In this document: piece after piece, positions 38,073-51,100 of the stretch
Layout: the number at the start of each line of letters is the position of its first letter
How positions within the stretch are numbered: position 1 is the first letter of the stretch
Assembly (NCBI GenBank): GCA_008632985.1
Contig: QPGO01000076.1
Location: 62,001 to 126,000 of the forward strand
Reading direction: 5' to 3'
Origin: Psammoneis japonica
Taxonomy: Eukaryota
Length of the DNA stretch: 64,000 nucleotides
Program-made: the position numbers and the translations under genes
Notes under the pieces: generated by a model
The model's input: only the letters and a program-made list of their open reading frames with translations
What the model was told of the DNA's origin: nothing
Databases searched by the model: none

Positions 38073-40436
38073 TTAATTTTTGCACCTGTTGTTAGGCTTG
38101 CATTCACCACTGCAACAATCAGAATCTTGATTACAAGATTGGTTAAATCCAGCACAAGGGTTGGAAACGCAGATGTTCTTCCGATTTCCACATCCCCCGT
38201 TTGGGGAGCAGCAATCAGACACGGAATTGCATGACTCGCCAACCAGAGCACAAGTGGGGGCAGGTGTCGGAGACGGAGAAGAAACCGGCGTTGGTCCAGG
38301 GGTAGGAAATGGTGTTGGACTGGCAGTTGGTTCAGGCGTGGGGGCAGGGGTTGGAGGCCCGGGAGAAGGGGGCGGTGTTGGAGGTGAGGTGGGGGCAGAA
38401 GTTGGCTGAGTCGTTGGAGGGGGTGTCACTGGACTTGGAGTGCTCCCAAACTGAATAGAGACATTGGCTCTGCCAGGCACACCGGACGTGACAATACTGT
38501 TCACAGAAATGGTGCATGGACCTTGGTTGTTAAAGCTGGGGATTGTGTAGGACTGTCCTGCGCCAAGAGTAGCAACCCGTTTCGATCTAGTAAAACTAAA
38601 CACTGGCCCTTCTTTATACACAATCATGATGCTGTTGGCGCCCTCCGCTGTGTTAGAGTTAAAACTGAGACAAAAGCAACAGCAAAGTGAGCATTGGTTC
38701 AGTTTTTAGCAAAATCACATAAGGAAGACATACCCAGTCCGCCTGTTGAAGTGGATATAGTAATCCCTGACGGTGTCGTCTGAGAGGCGAACAATCATTT
38801 TGTCGCCAGCAATACTCTGATCACGCTCTGCCATTCCGATCAGATTTCCTTGCCAGAATATGTAATCCTCATTACCTGGAGAAAGATCGACATGATAAGC
38901 ACTGAACCAGCCAAATCTCCAACTTCGAAAAAAAGCAATGTGAGAAAAATTGCAATCGCGACAAGTTATCGTAAGCTTCGTGTCACTGACATCACACGGA
39001 CCTTTTTGCTCCGTTAAAGCACATTCTCTGGTCGTCGCTGCTGTACGAATACCCCATGAAGCCTGACTGATCTCCGTATTCTCCAGGGTTGCCAGTTAGA
39101 CCATCCTCACCTGAATGGTGTAAACCCAAGTTATGCCCCACTGTTTGATGGAGAAAGAAGAGCGATGTCGCGTTAGTGTCGTCGTAGTGAAACAAGATAT
39201 CTGACTTAGACTCACAGACAACTTACCTTCATGCATTTGGATTGAGACACTGCATTAACAAAAGCGTCAGTGTAAGGTGTAAGCAAGGGGCAGCATAATG
39301 GAATTCACGCCATTTTAATACATCGTGCATGGCACTTACTAGTTGCACCAGCTGTTCCGGGTTTACAAAAAAGGTAAGTGTAAGGTGTAAGTAAGGCGCG
39401 GCATTCTGGAATGTATGTCATTCTTTGCTGCATAGTACGTACTTGTCGTTGTAAGTCGATCGAAAACTATTAATGTTTGCGTAACCAATCCAATTTCCAG
39501 TGGTCCCTGATGGGAAAACATTGCAGACGTGAAAATAATTGCAGACGAATATAGCATATGTTTATGGTCAATCGACTTACCAGGCGGCACACAAAACATC
39601 ACGTGGTCGAAAAAATTCTCCACGTTCGCTCCAAAGACGTTGTCTGCAGCAACTTCCATGGCATTACGAATAGTTCCGTCGCTTGCTCCACTCACAATGT
39701 TGTCGATGTTGACTGTAAGAACTTTGTATTGACTTGTCAGCAATGAGTTTTCACCTTGTACGAACTGAAGTTGATCGTAGGAGCAAGCCTTGTACTGTGA
39801 AGAAAGGTTGACTGGATCACCGTTGGGTCCCTCTCCGAAGACGTTATCGGCGAGTGTCGCTTCACTTGGGGTTGTGCTGGCGTCCAAAGCAATAGCACGT
39901 ACCACCAGAACAGTTCTGACTCCACTTGTCTGGAGACGTCTACGACGATTCGAAGGTCCCCTGCGTCCCAGCTAAAATGAGAAGGGTCGGCGTGAGCGCG
40001 TCTGGGTTTCTTTTCTGCAGTTGTTACGTACTCTTACCTGGATGTTGGGGTTGGGGGGCAGCTCGAATTCGTCCAGTTCATCATCAATTTTTGCTCCAGG
40101 GACAAACAAGGTCGTTTCACCAGAGATTACACCGTTGGCCTTGGCAAACCCAGGTGGGAGATTCTTGATTTTGACAAGCTGAAAGAAAGGGCTCCTCCCG
40201 CCAATATCTTCATCTTGAAGTTCGCATTCTAGCGGCTGTTCTTCTTCACGGCGATCTTCAAACTGTTTCTCATTGATGAGAAGAACACAAGGTTTATTGG
40301 GTTCGCGAGAACGGGAAAAAATTGAGTTTCCTTGGGCACGCCGGCGCAAAGATTTCACATCAGCTATCTCGTTTGCCAAGGTGAACGAAGAAAGCTGAAG
40401 AGCTGCGAGAATAGCAGCGTAGACACCAAACTTCAT
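38073..40436 (-). CDS. Gametolysin-like (peptidase M11) secreted zinc metalloprotease, multi-exon
   Basis: Signal peptide and prodomain ending RRRLQ. The zinc motif QMHE|VGHNLGLHHSGE is split by an intron, followed by EYGDQSGFMGY and CFNGAK. Pro/Thr linker and two Cys-rich C-terminal units. Confidence 0.85.
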
Positions 40437-40712
40437 CCTCGTTGCTGTTATGCAAAGCAGGGTATTCTGAGGAGAGAAGTCACAAGTAATGTTAAGCGAA
40501 TGCCTTTTAAAATAGTGAGATTCGCGATTCGCCTCGACCTCTCACCTCTTCCCTCTTCCAATCAAGCAAGCAGGCAGGCGCAACTAACGGCGGCTGTTTG
40601 AAGATTGTGAATAGTTGCTATGGCCAGGATTTTTGGCGGCACCAACCAACTTCAGGAAGGGGCATGTAGTACTGAATTTCGCGTACGTTTCTACGTGGAA
40701 TTTTGCTTTTTT

Positions 40713-41140
40713 ATGACTGACGTGGAGCAGAAATGTCGAATTTACTTATGATTCCAAAATGATTGCAAGACCCACAGGTTTTTATTTTCTGTAAGAACTG
40801 GTACGATAGGAGCATGAATGACAGGCATTTGTAACAGACATAGTTTTTTTTTCAGGTGATAGTAAAGCAACGTCCGTAAGATAGTATCATAAGATAGTAT
40901 CATAGAAATACTGAAACACGTTGTGCATACAGTACTATGCCTGTGATTTTGGATATGCATTTATGATATGACTGACGTGGAGCAGAACTGTCAATTTTAC
41001 TTAGGATTCCAATATGATTCCAAGACCCACTGGTTTTTATTCACTGTAAGAACTGGTACGACAGGAACATGAACGACAGGCATTTGTAACAGACATAGTT
41101 TTTTCCCCAGGTGACAGTAAAAAGCACCGTCCGTTAAAGA
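40713..41140 (+). repeat. Two direct imperfect repeats (period about 255 bp), with a third decayed copy at about 42090-42200
   Basis: atgactgacgtggagcagaa...ctgtaagaactggtacga...acaggcatttgtaacagacatagttttt occurs at 40713 and 40968. Confidence 0.88.
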
Positions 41141-42199
41141 TAGGGCCCTACTGTCATACCGGTAGAAATACGGCACTAAGAGCATCTTCGCCAGTGAGTC
41201 GTAAACATAAACCTATGTCCGTACGTCTTCCGATACGAATGAGATTCACAAAAAATCATCATTTTCGGTGGATCGTAAACATATTTTTTGCGCTAATAAC
41301 CTTTCGAATTTACGATTCATGAAAGTGAATCGCAAATCAGGCCTTGGATACGATCCACCTCCAAAATCGTAAACGAAAATCGTAAATTTCTGGTACAAAA
41401 AGGGTGTAGAAATCCTGTAGAAAGTGCGTGTCACCATGACGAAACGACAATCGACGCTTTCTTGATGAGAGGACCTTACAGAGGCCCAACAATTAAGACT
41501 TTGTCGTATCTTATGAACTTACATACGGCCGCATCGAGATATGGGAGGAGAACCGACATATGGGGGGTTTATGGGGTCAGAAGAGAATAAGGCATAAATC
41601 GTGTGATAACATTTCGCTTGTTTTCGCGATGTAGAATGACTTTCACAACATAGTAACACATAGACATATAATATGAATTATTCTCTATTGATAGACGTCG
41701 ACATATCTTTGAATAGACGGTGATTTGTGTCGTATATTGCGTTCAAAGCCGCCATGGCGTCATGTAAAATTCAACAAGTCCGTCCTACCATCAGTTAGTT
41801 ATTGATATACGTGTATGGAGTTGGTTGTTACCTCAACGTCTGCCCAACCATCGGCCGAATGTGAATACGATTGTGATCGACTGAAAATGATGGTCGCGTG
41901 CAGAATCGTAAACTTATACGGGGCAGTCTGTTCGCTTGTCCTTTTAGGTTATGTTCCTATGTTTATGTTTATGTTTACGACTCACTGGCGAAGATGCTCT
42001 AAAACACACTGTGCACACAGTGCCTGTGACACAGCACATCTGTGTTGTGCAACAGAGATCTAATGTGCTCAAGTGTACCTACGTGGCAGAATTTTGGATG
42101 TGCATTTATGATGTGACTGACGTGGAGCAGAGCTGTCGAACACTTGCTTGAGATTCCAATGTCCCCTGCTCACGCACACGAACCCACCAGTGGTCTGTG

Positions 42200-42660
42200 T
42201 GCATTGAAACAATGCTTTGGTGATGGCAACACATGCAGTGCATTGTGCAGTCTCCCAGGCTCTCAAGATCTCTCCAGGAAAAATGGTTTTTCATCAAGAT
42301 GTGATTTTAGATCCACCTGTCACATCATGGATTTGGTTGGTGCCCAATGAAGACCGCCAACAAGCTCTCATTGATGCCAACCTTCAACGTGCAAATGCCA
42401 AGCCCTGGTGCTGCAATCATCACACAACAGGTGGGGGCAAGTTCTTGTCACATCCATTGACCCTGCCAAATTAGAGACATGGGCTCATGGCCCTTGTCCT
42501 GTCATTCAAGTGCAAGCCAACAGCACAATCGTCATCCAACAAGCTCCACATGTTGTTGAGAGCGTCAGTGTCAGACCTGCAGCGCCACCTTGGGTTTCAG
42601 GTTTTTTTTTAATGTCTTGGTTTCCCTCTTGTCCTTTTGATTTTGTTCATTGGAAATTTT
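42200..42660 (+). mobile_element. Decayed Gypsy integrase C-terminal fragment related to the element at 55131-60508
   Basis: CAVSQALKISPGKMVFHQDVILD...LIDANLQRANAK...IDPAKLETWAHGPCPVIQV aligns with CAVSRALKISPGAMVFQRDMILD...IVNANLRRANAK...IDPTKLEPRAHGPHPVVQA. Confidence 0.88.
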
Positions 42661-43561
42661 GAAATTTTGGGTTTCTCTGACATGATTCTTGCTTTACGTG
42701 AATTTTCCATGCGTTTCCATGTGGAATTTTGCATCTTTCATTGCTGATGTGGAGCGAAATTGTTGAGGTCACTTGTGACTCCAGCTGGCTCCAACACTCA
42801 CTGGTTTCCATTTTCTGGAATCCACGCAAACCAGGCCAACAATTTGTTTTGCACAGCAATCTGTGGAAGTGTGTGACAAAAAAGTCATTCTAAGTTTCTG
42901 TTGCACAGAAACTCAAAGCACCTTCAGCATGCATTTCAGGGAGAACAGCAAGTTGTTGTGCTCATTGCCCAATCTCTCACCTCTTTTTTCATCTCTGCTG
43001 CTGGCATGTCACCATGACAAGGGCGAAGGACTGAGACAACAAGAGGGTTGTTTTTGCTCTCTTTTGTCATGTTTCCAAGTCTCATTTGGCGACGCTGAGC
43101 CCAGCTGCAGCTTCCACTCACACAGCAGAGCATTGGGACAAGGCTTGAGGTGGCTCTCAGGAGAAAAGCTGTTGCTGACTTGGAGCCAGCTGGCAGAGCT
43201 GCAGTTGGCAGAGAAGCACTTGAGAAGTCATCAAAGTCTGCACTGCATTGGCCCCACTCAAGGCACTGTGCTGTGCAGCTGAGCTGATTGCCAGGCCAGG
43301 CTTGAAGCTGGGGTGGTTCCTGGAGAGAGCAGAAGATGGAAGCTGCAGACCCTGGTGTGCATGGGAAGCTTTTGGAGCTTGGCATGCTCTTGGGGTGGGG
43401 GGCACATCAATGAGAGAAGACTGGGTGAACAAGTCTCTGCTGGAGGCCATGAAGTTCATGATTATGATGGCTCACTTTCCCAGGTGTGCACCACAAAACT
43501 GTTGTCAAAAATTCATGTGCACACACAAAGAACATCATTTTGTCTTGGTGCGTAAACTGGC

Positions 43562-43746
43562 GGCATCACAACTCAGAGGTGGGATTTGACGCAAGATTGG
43601 AGGTGCGCACTGTCCCGTCTCCCGTTTGACTCCCTAGACAGGACTTCACTGAGCCTTTTTGCAAGAGTTTTTGACAGCACGGACAGCTAGAGAGAGTAGG
43701 AACCAAACGCGTAATATTTTACACCACTAGAGACTGTTGTTTTTTG
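43562..43746 (+). repeat. About 190-bp dispersed repeat, copy 2
   Basis: Paralog of 32960-33150. It ends immediately at the stop codon of the dehydrogenase gene. Confidence 0.85.
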
Positions 43747-44985
43747 CTAGTATCCAAGCTTTTTGTCAACTGGGTTGAGGAGCTCCTCTCCACAAATGAA
43801 TCGCGGCAAGTTTTCATTTAGAAAAAACTCGGTAGCCTCATGCATAAATGTGCTAGTCTGATCCATATTGTGTGGACTCAACAAGACATTGTCCAGTTCC
43901 CACAGTCGATTGTCTTTGGGAAGCGGTTCTTCGCCAAAGACATCCAGAGCCGCACCCTTGAGTCGACCGCTTTCGAGCGCTGCAACCATTGCCTCCTCGT
44001 CCACAACGGGTCCACGTCCTACATTAATAAACACAGCATTTTCTTTGACTGCCTTGAAGGCGTCTGCATTAACCATGCCCCGCGTTTCAGCCGTGGATGG
44101 TGCGGAAACAATGATATAGTCCGATTCGGACATGAGTTTGTTGAGACTCTTCTTGTCGCTTCCGTACACAACGTCACAAAGAGGATCATGCTCTGACATG
44201 ATAGGATGCCTCCTTAGAGCTATAATTTTCATTCCATAAACACTGGCAAGCTTGGCACACGCCCTTCCAATATCACCATAACCTACGATGCCAACCGTCT
44301 TGCCACGCAACTCCTCGATGTCGTACTTTTCCCAATTCTTTTGTTTTTGTTGACGCATGAGTCGAGGCAAGTCTTTTGCAAAGTACGAACACGCCATCAT
44401 GGCATATTCGGCTAGACTCGAGGAAAATTGTCCCTTGGCATTGGTGACGGGCACCTTGCTTTGCTCCAATTCGTCCGACACGACAAAATCAATACCTGCC
44501 GATCGCACATGGACCCATTCAATTGTGGGAAAGGCGGCCAAGACGAGTGGAAGTTGAACGTGCGCTCTGGGACAACTGGGACTGACAAAGACAACATTAG
44601 GATTTTGGCCACGAGCGGCTTCAAAGTCTTGGAGCGTTGTGCCGACACCCAAAAGCCGAGTACCGAGAGGAAGCGGACCCTTGTGCAGAGCCGCGTTGGC
44701 ATCATCGGCAGGATCTGAGAGACTCAAAATTTTGGCCTCTCGAGCGACACTTTCAGGAGATATTTCCAACAAATAGGAATACTGTCCCTTTTCGGATGTT
44801 TCGCGATTCCAGTACTTGTAATCAGCCATGGCTGGGTCAGCACGGGCGGTTGTCACTTTGGTTGGCAAACGTACCAACGAGGGAGAGCTTGATCCATAGG
44901 CGCGAACCAACGATTTTTGATTCAAGATAAAAGTGCGTCCCCTTGACGACATCCCTGCTAATGAACGCAACATGGTGGAACTCAT
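43747..44985 (-). CDS. D-isomer-specific 2-hydroxyacid dehydrogenase (NAD-binding)
   Basis: Intact 412-aa ORF with SAGID, VGIVGYGDIG, INVGRG, AALDVFGEEPLP and LSPH motifs. The Ser/Arg-rich N-terminus suggests a mitochondrial presequence. Confidence 0.93.
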   Translation of the reverse strand: MSSTMLRSLAGMSSRGRTFILNQKSLVRAYGSSSPSLVRLPTKVTTARADPAMADYKYWNRETSEKGQYSYLLEISPESVAREAKILSLSDPADDANAALHKGPLPLGTRLLGVGTTLQDFEAARGQNPNVVFVSPSCPRAHVQLPLVLAAFPTIEWVHVRSAGIDFVVSDELEQSKVPVTNAKGQFSSSLAEYAMMACSYFAKDLPRLMRQQKQKNWEKYDIEELRGKTVGIVGYGDIGRACAKLASVYGMKIIALRRHPIMSEHDPLCDVVYGSDKKSLNKLMSESDYIIVSAPSTAETRGMVNADAFKAVKENAVFINVGRGPVVDEEAMVAALESGRLKGAALDVFGEEPLPKDNRLWELDNVLLSPHNMDQTSTFMHEATEFFLNENLPRFICGEELLNPVDKKLGY

Positions 44986-45159
44986 CTCTGCAGAACTGTC
45001 AACACTGTATGTATTACAGCAGCGAGTGATCGAAGAAACGAACAGTCGATCAACTTGATGACAGGACCAGAATCTATCTCATCTTCCACGCATCACAAAA
45101 AAATATTCGATTTCGCGCCACAAATTGAAATCTGACGTCATCGCAGGCAGGAAGGACGG

Positions 45160-48100
45160 ACGTGCAGGCAGTCATGTGTGGATTTGTGGCACCAAAAAAA
45201 TTTGCAGCATCAGCATTTCCCACCAGCAATTCCACCCGGGGATGTCAGACTGACAGATGGGATCAGTCAAACTTCATGCTTTTCTGCCTTGCCATGCTCT
45301 TGTCTCCAGGCAGAGGGCTGCAATCTTCTTGTTCATCAACCTCATTTCTGCTGCTTAAAAGATGGAGAAGGCAAAAGCTCAAAAACATGAGATTTCACAC
45401 ACACACTCACTTTGGGCAACAAAAAATGAGCGTTGTTTCACAAGGGAACCCCGCTTCACCACCTTTGTGTTTGTGACTGTTTGCCAGACACATTCCCACA
45501 CCAACAGAGCCAGCTCACATCATTTCGCCATTGCGCCGCAACAATGCCTCAAGAATGCCCCAAATGTTTCTCTGCTCCAAAGTCCACAGCTGCGTGCATC
45601 AAATGAAAGAGCAATGCAAAGAGAGCAGCCACAAGGTCCAGTGAGCAAGCTGGCTGCAACTTGGGGTCAGGTTTGTTCTTCTCACCAACTTGCAACAACC
45701 AGGCTCAAGAGCTGCCCACCTTTCACAAATGAGGGCAAATTGGCATGCCCTGGCTTGCTCTCCAGATCTGGCCCATGTTTTGCTGGCCACACTTGGCCAT
45801 CACATCTGTGTGTGGCTGTCCAGACAACATGGCAGCTGTCATGAGAAAACACTGATGCCCCCATGTTGTGCTTCCATGAAAGACATTGGCGGTCTCTTTC
45901 TTTTCACCAGAGCGCTGGGAACACTTGATTTTCTGGTTGCTGGGCAGCTCTGCAGAGAGCCTTGTTCTTAGATTCCCAACATTGAAGTGCAGCTGCAGTG
46001 GTGCAACAAAAGGGTGTCCTCAAGCTCACACAGAAAAACCAAGCAAAAAACCCCACAGCAAGACAGAGCAAACATCACCGCAGGAAGCTCTTTGTTGGGG
46101 CATGCAATGCTTGCCACACAGGCCTGTTCCAGCTCCAGGTGATGCGCGCCACAGGTTCAATCTGATTTTTGCATTTGGCACATTGAACTTTTTCAAAATC
46201 CATTTTTTGCCAAATCAAAGGGCAAGTGCACACTTCACACATGCATTTTTGGGTGTGCACTTGCCTTTCGATTTTTGAAACGATCGCAAAATTGAACGAG
46301 TTTAATGTGCCAAACTGTGCAGAAAATCGGCCTCTCGCATGACAGATTTCTCATCACAACACCCCCCTCCCCAAGGGGGTGCAGCACCCACTCAAACATG
46401 AGGTGCCCCAGCTCCCAGCTGGCAGGCAACACCCTTCCAGCACTGGAGTGCCATCAGCTGCCATCATGCTCTCCATCTGGAAAAATGCAGTTTGCTCTCA
46501 CTCAGAAATGAAGCTTGCTTGACAAAAATCCTGTGTTCTTGTTGAGCACTTGGCTTCTCCTTCAATGCAAATGAGTGGGTCTTTGCAGTGGACTGGGCCA
46601 TTGAAGTGGAAAGCCAGAGTTGAGTTGAAATGTGGTCTCACAGTGCATGAGCTGACAATTTTTGCACATGTCCGCAATGCTGTCATTTTGAATTTTGTGC
46701 ACACAAACAAAAAAATTGGCAAAGCAGGGGACAACAATGGGTGAAACATGTTGCTCATTTTTGTGCACACATGATCTCATCAATTGTTGTTTTGTTTGTT
46801 GGCTGGAGCATGCCAACAATTTGATTTGTTCACTTGCCAGTTGGCGCACATTTTGCAATTTTGGTCTCCAATGATGTTTGCTCTCTGCCCTGGCAACATT
46901 TGACATTTGGCTCAATGCCGCCACTTCACCACCTTCACTCCACTCTCAGTCCTTTGTCACTCAAGCTGCAACCCCATTGTCTCTTGCGGCCAGCCCTCTT
47001 GCATCTCAGCATTGCATCTTGCTGCAATCTTCATGTTTCCAAGTTCCAAGAGAGAGTCAGTTTTGTGACAGCTTCTCATTTTGAGGCACCATGGTTGCAA
47101 TTGCTGGCAGAAGAAGGCAGCAGAGAAGTTGTCAGTTTGGCATGTTGTGCTTGGCAAGTGTGGCTCAACTTTGCTTTTGCAGTTCACCTGCGTGGCACGT
47201 CATTGCTGCGTTGTGTTTCTCTCTTCATTTGCTGTTTTTGCTGGCTTGCCCAAGTTGCAAGAAACAAGAAACTTTGCAAAAGCACAAGTTTGAGCTTGTT
47301 GTTTTTTGCAAGCACTGTCTTCTCCCATGTCACACATTTTTCTGACTTCTTGCCTTTCCTGTAGATTTTCTTTGCTGGTGTGCACAGAGTCATGGGTTTT
47401 GTTGGTGCCCTCCTGCAATGTCAACATTGCTTGGGTGCTGCTTGGGTGCATCCCATGTTTTTGTCATTTTTTTGCCATGGAGCCAAGCCAGCCAGCCTGG
47501 TGGGGGAATCTCATTGCCTGCATCATTTTGAAAGTTGCAGCACATCTGTTTGCAAAGAAGGCCAGTGTCTCAATTCTGTGATCTTTGCCAGCTTTTGTCA
47601 AGATGGAAATTTTTGCTTTTGTGTGGGAGTGCACACCCAGTTTTTTTGTGTCCATGGGGCTGCTGCTGCTGCTGTGGCTGATTTTTTGCAGCTGATCCAC
47701 ACATGCGCACAACAACCTTTGTTGCTGTTGTGAGATGATGCCATGGTTGAAACTTGCTGGCAGGAGGTCAGAAGAGGTCATGGAGCTGGTTGTGTGCAGG
47801 CCGTTCTTGTCGTGGACAAGGAGCTGGTTGAGCAAGAGGTTGGCTGGGCAGCACACAGCTGCAGCGGTGCCAGGCATGTGCCTGCACAAAGCCAGAGCAG
47901 CAGTCTCCCAGAGACATTCAGGCACAGCAGCTGCAGCACCTCACACAGCTTTCCTCCTCCCTGGCAAGTGACTGCCTTTGCCAGCATGGTTGCGTGCTGT
48001 TGTGCACTGGCCCCATGTTGCCTTGTTGTCCCCAACAAGTCAGTGCAGACTTGAGCTTCCCAACTCAAGAGCAAAGCAGCCCCATGACTGCAGCAGCACC

Positions 48101-51100
48101 AGAAACCAACCCAACAAGCAACAGCAGGCTGAGGGCACTGATGGTCTCAGGCAGATCCCGCACCAGCATGGCACAGTTGTGCACCCTGTCATGTCCTTCC
48201 AGTCAGAAGCACACTTCAAACTCCCCCAACTCCAGAATGAAAGGAACCATGATGGTGCCAGCCAACCTGAAAACAGCAAGCTGGTGAGGGCTTTGGTGGT
48301 CTCTGGAGGATCTTGAGTGGCGCTCTGTTCCACCAGGGTGAAATTTGGGAAAGCCTTGATGCTGCAAGTCCAACAGGAAGCCGACAGCTTCCAGCACTGT
48401 TGTGGCATTGTGCAATTGGTGTCAATGCATTTTTGCACTTGTGCTGCAATGCCGTGGCCATTTGACCGGCAAATCCTTGCCACAACAATCTAACTCTGTC
48501 CAGCTCAGCATGGTTGCATGCTGTTGTGCACTGGCCCAATGTTGCCTTGTTGTCCCCAACAAGTCAGTGCAGACTTGAGCTTCCCAACTCAAGAGCAAAG
48601 CAGCCCCATGACTGCAGCAACACCTGAAACCAACCCAAAACAAGCAACAGCAGGCTGAGGGCACTGATGGTCTCTGGGGCAGATCCCACGCCAGCATGGC
48701 ACAGTTGTGCACCCTGTCATGTCCTTCTAGTCAGAAGCACATTTCAAACTCCCAACTCCAGAGTGAAGGAACCCATGATGGTGCCATCCAACCTGAGACA
48801 GCAAGCTGAGGGCTTTGGCAGTCACTGGAGGATCTCAAATGACACTGCAATGGCCATGGTTGAGTGGCACAAGGCCCACTTGTGTGGCTGTGGTCTCATG
48901 TCACCTTGACCGCCCCCACCACTGGGGGGGCAGAGCAGACTTCCAAACTCCACAGTGAAAGGGCAACAACAAGCTGAGGGCACTGGCACCGGTGTCTGGG
49001 CAGCCCCAGGCAACACTTTGAAACTGTGGCCAACAAGCATTGCACAGGCAAGGTTGACCTTGTGACATTGCAACCCCTTGTCACCTTGCCCCCAACAGCA
49101 GCAGACTTGAGTTTTCAAACTCTGCAGTGACTCATTCAAAGGTCCAATTGCTGAACAGCAGTGGGCAAACAAAACTTGAAAAAAAGCAGCCCACTGAGAC
49201 TGCCAGAGATGCACAGAGTTGTGTGGCAAAATGCCATGAGGAGAATGGAGAAATTCACAGTGGCATTTTTGAGAAACAAGGTTCTTTTTGTTGGAAGCAA
49301 TGGATGAAGAACTGCAGTGGGTGGGCAAACCATCCTCCATTTGTTCATTCTGGTCTGAAGTTCCAGCAAGACTGGATCTCATGGGAGGATTGGCTGGGGT
49401 GTCATGAGTTGGAAATGTGAAAAAGATCTTTGATGTTGCATGTCACCCAATTTTTGAAGGCTGAGAGCAATTTGTCAATCTTGTTTCCTGCCGCAAGTTG
49501 TTGTGAGCAAGTCTTTGTGTCAAATCTTGTTGCTGATGCAGCTGCTGCAGTGTGCTGCAAATCATCAACTCTGCCAGCCTTTGCACAAAACCTCCCAGCA
49601 TCAAATGTGTTTTCTGTCTCCAAAGCCTTGATTGTTGCAGCAGCCACTCATGCAGCCCAGGCCCTGGAGCCAGGTGCACAGAGAGTGCTTGTCCTTCTCT
49701 CTGACAAACAAATTAGCACCCTGCACTTCAACAAGCACCACAGCATCTCTGAACAACCTTCTGCAGTTTTCTCCAAGAGACAGCAACAGCACACTTGCAG
49801 ATCAACAAGGAAGAGCTGCACACAGACAGTGGATGCCATTTGGTTTTTGCCTGCAGAGAAATCCTCTGCCACAACCAAAAACAGAGTGTGCCAGTGTGAA
49901 AGCAAAGACCAAAACAAAAACACAAAAAATCAAATCACAGCCTCTTGTCAGGAGCTCCAATGACTTGGCACTGCAAACGGGCACTTTGTTTGTGTTTCTG
50001 GCACATTTTTTGTCAATCAGCAGCTCAAAAGTGGCTCTGAATGAAGCACAGATTGACCCACTTTGTGATCATGGGGGTTGATGCTGGCATCTGGCATTTG
50101 TCAAATTGAGATGTGATGACAAGGTCAGGTTGTTTGACAAGCATTGTTGTGGCAACAGGAAGCATGGGTGACAACAGGGGTCAAGTGACAATGTGACAAA
50201 TTGTGGCAGCTGCTTGCTGCTTGACAGTTTGAACAGGGCTCTGGGCTGGAGCGCAAGAAGTTGACATTGGGCAAAAGGCAAGGATTCAAGTTTGCAGTTG
50301 TGGTGTCTGTCAAAAGAGGCTTGGTTCAATGAGGAGGTGTTTTGAGAGGAGGAGATTCTCTCCATTGTGTCAGACATGTGACAAGGACACCGGCGCAACA
50401 TTGTCATGCAAGCAGCAGATCAGCAGCTGAGTTGTGTGGTGGTGCCCCATGCAACAAAGAGGTGAATTCAGCAGAAACACAAAGAAATGCAATGAGCAAT
50501 TGAGCTGAAGCTCTTCCAAACAAATGAGTCAACTCTGAACAAGATGCTTGGCCACAAAACAAAAGCCAGAAAAAATTGACTGCAGTCAGCTCAAATGACA
50601 ACTTTGGGGCAATGCCAGATTTGCGGCTGAGAAAATGTGTCAGCGTCAAAATGTGTTTTGGAGCCCAAATGACAGTGACCACCTCTTGGCTGGTTTTTGA
50701 AAAATTGTGGCACCTGTGCAGAGTGCAATTGCTTCCACATGGAGGAGAAAACAAAGCAGCATGTCTGTTCCATCCACAAAACAAGTTGGAGATCGTTCTT
50801 TGTTGCACTGTGCTGCAAATGGTTGAGATCGCCTTGCCGGCATGTTCCACCACCAAGCACATCTTCCATGCTGTCCTCGACATGCTTGAGGATATTCTTC
50901 ATGAAGTGGTCCATGCCTTGAGTCTGTGCAATGTCAAAGCACAGTTGTCAGAAATGACAACAATGGGTGCAAATCAAAACACAGACAACAGCAATGTCAG
51001 TGCGAACACATGCAACCACAAGGGAGCTCACTTGATTTACAACATCAGCTCAGTCCATCTCAGCCAACAGTTTCTCCAACAGCCAACATTTCTTGATGAT

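Noticed and set aside
46360..46385. Helitron 3' hairpin (cacccc...ggggtg)
   Set aside because: No adjacent CTRR terminus or Rep/helicase remnants could be recognised.
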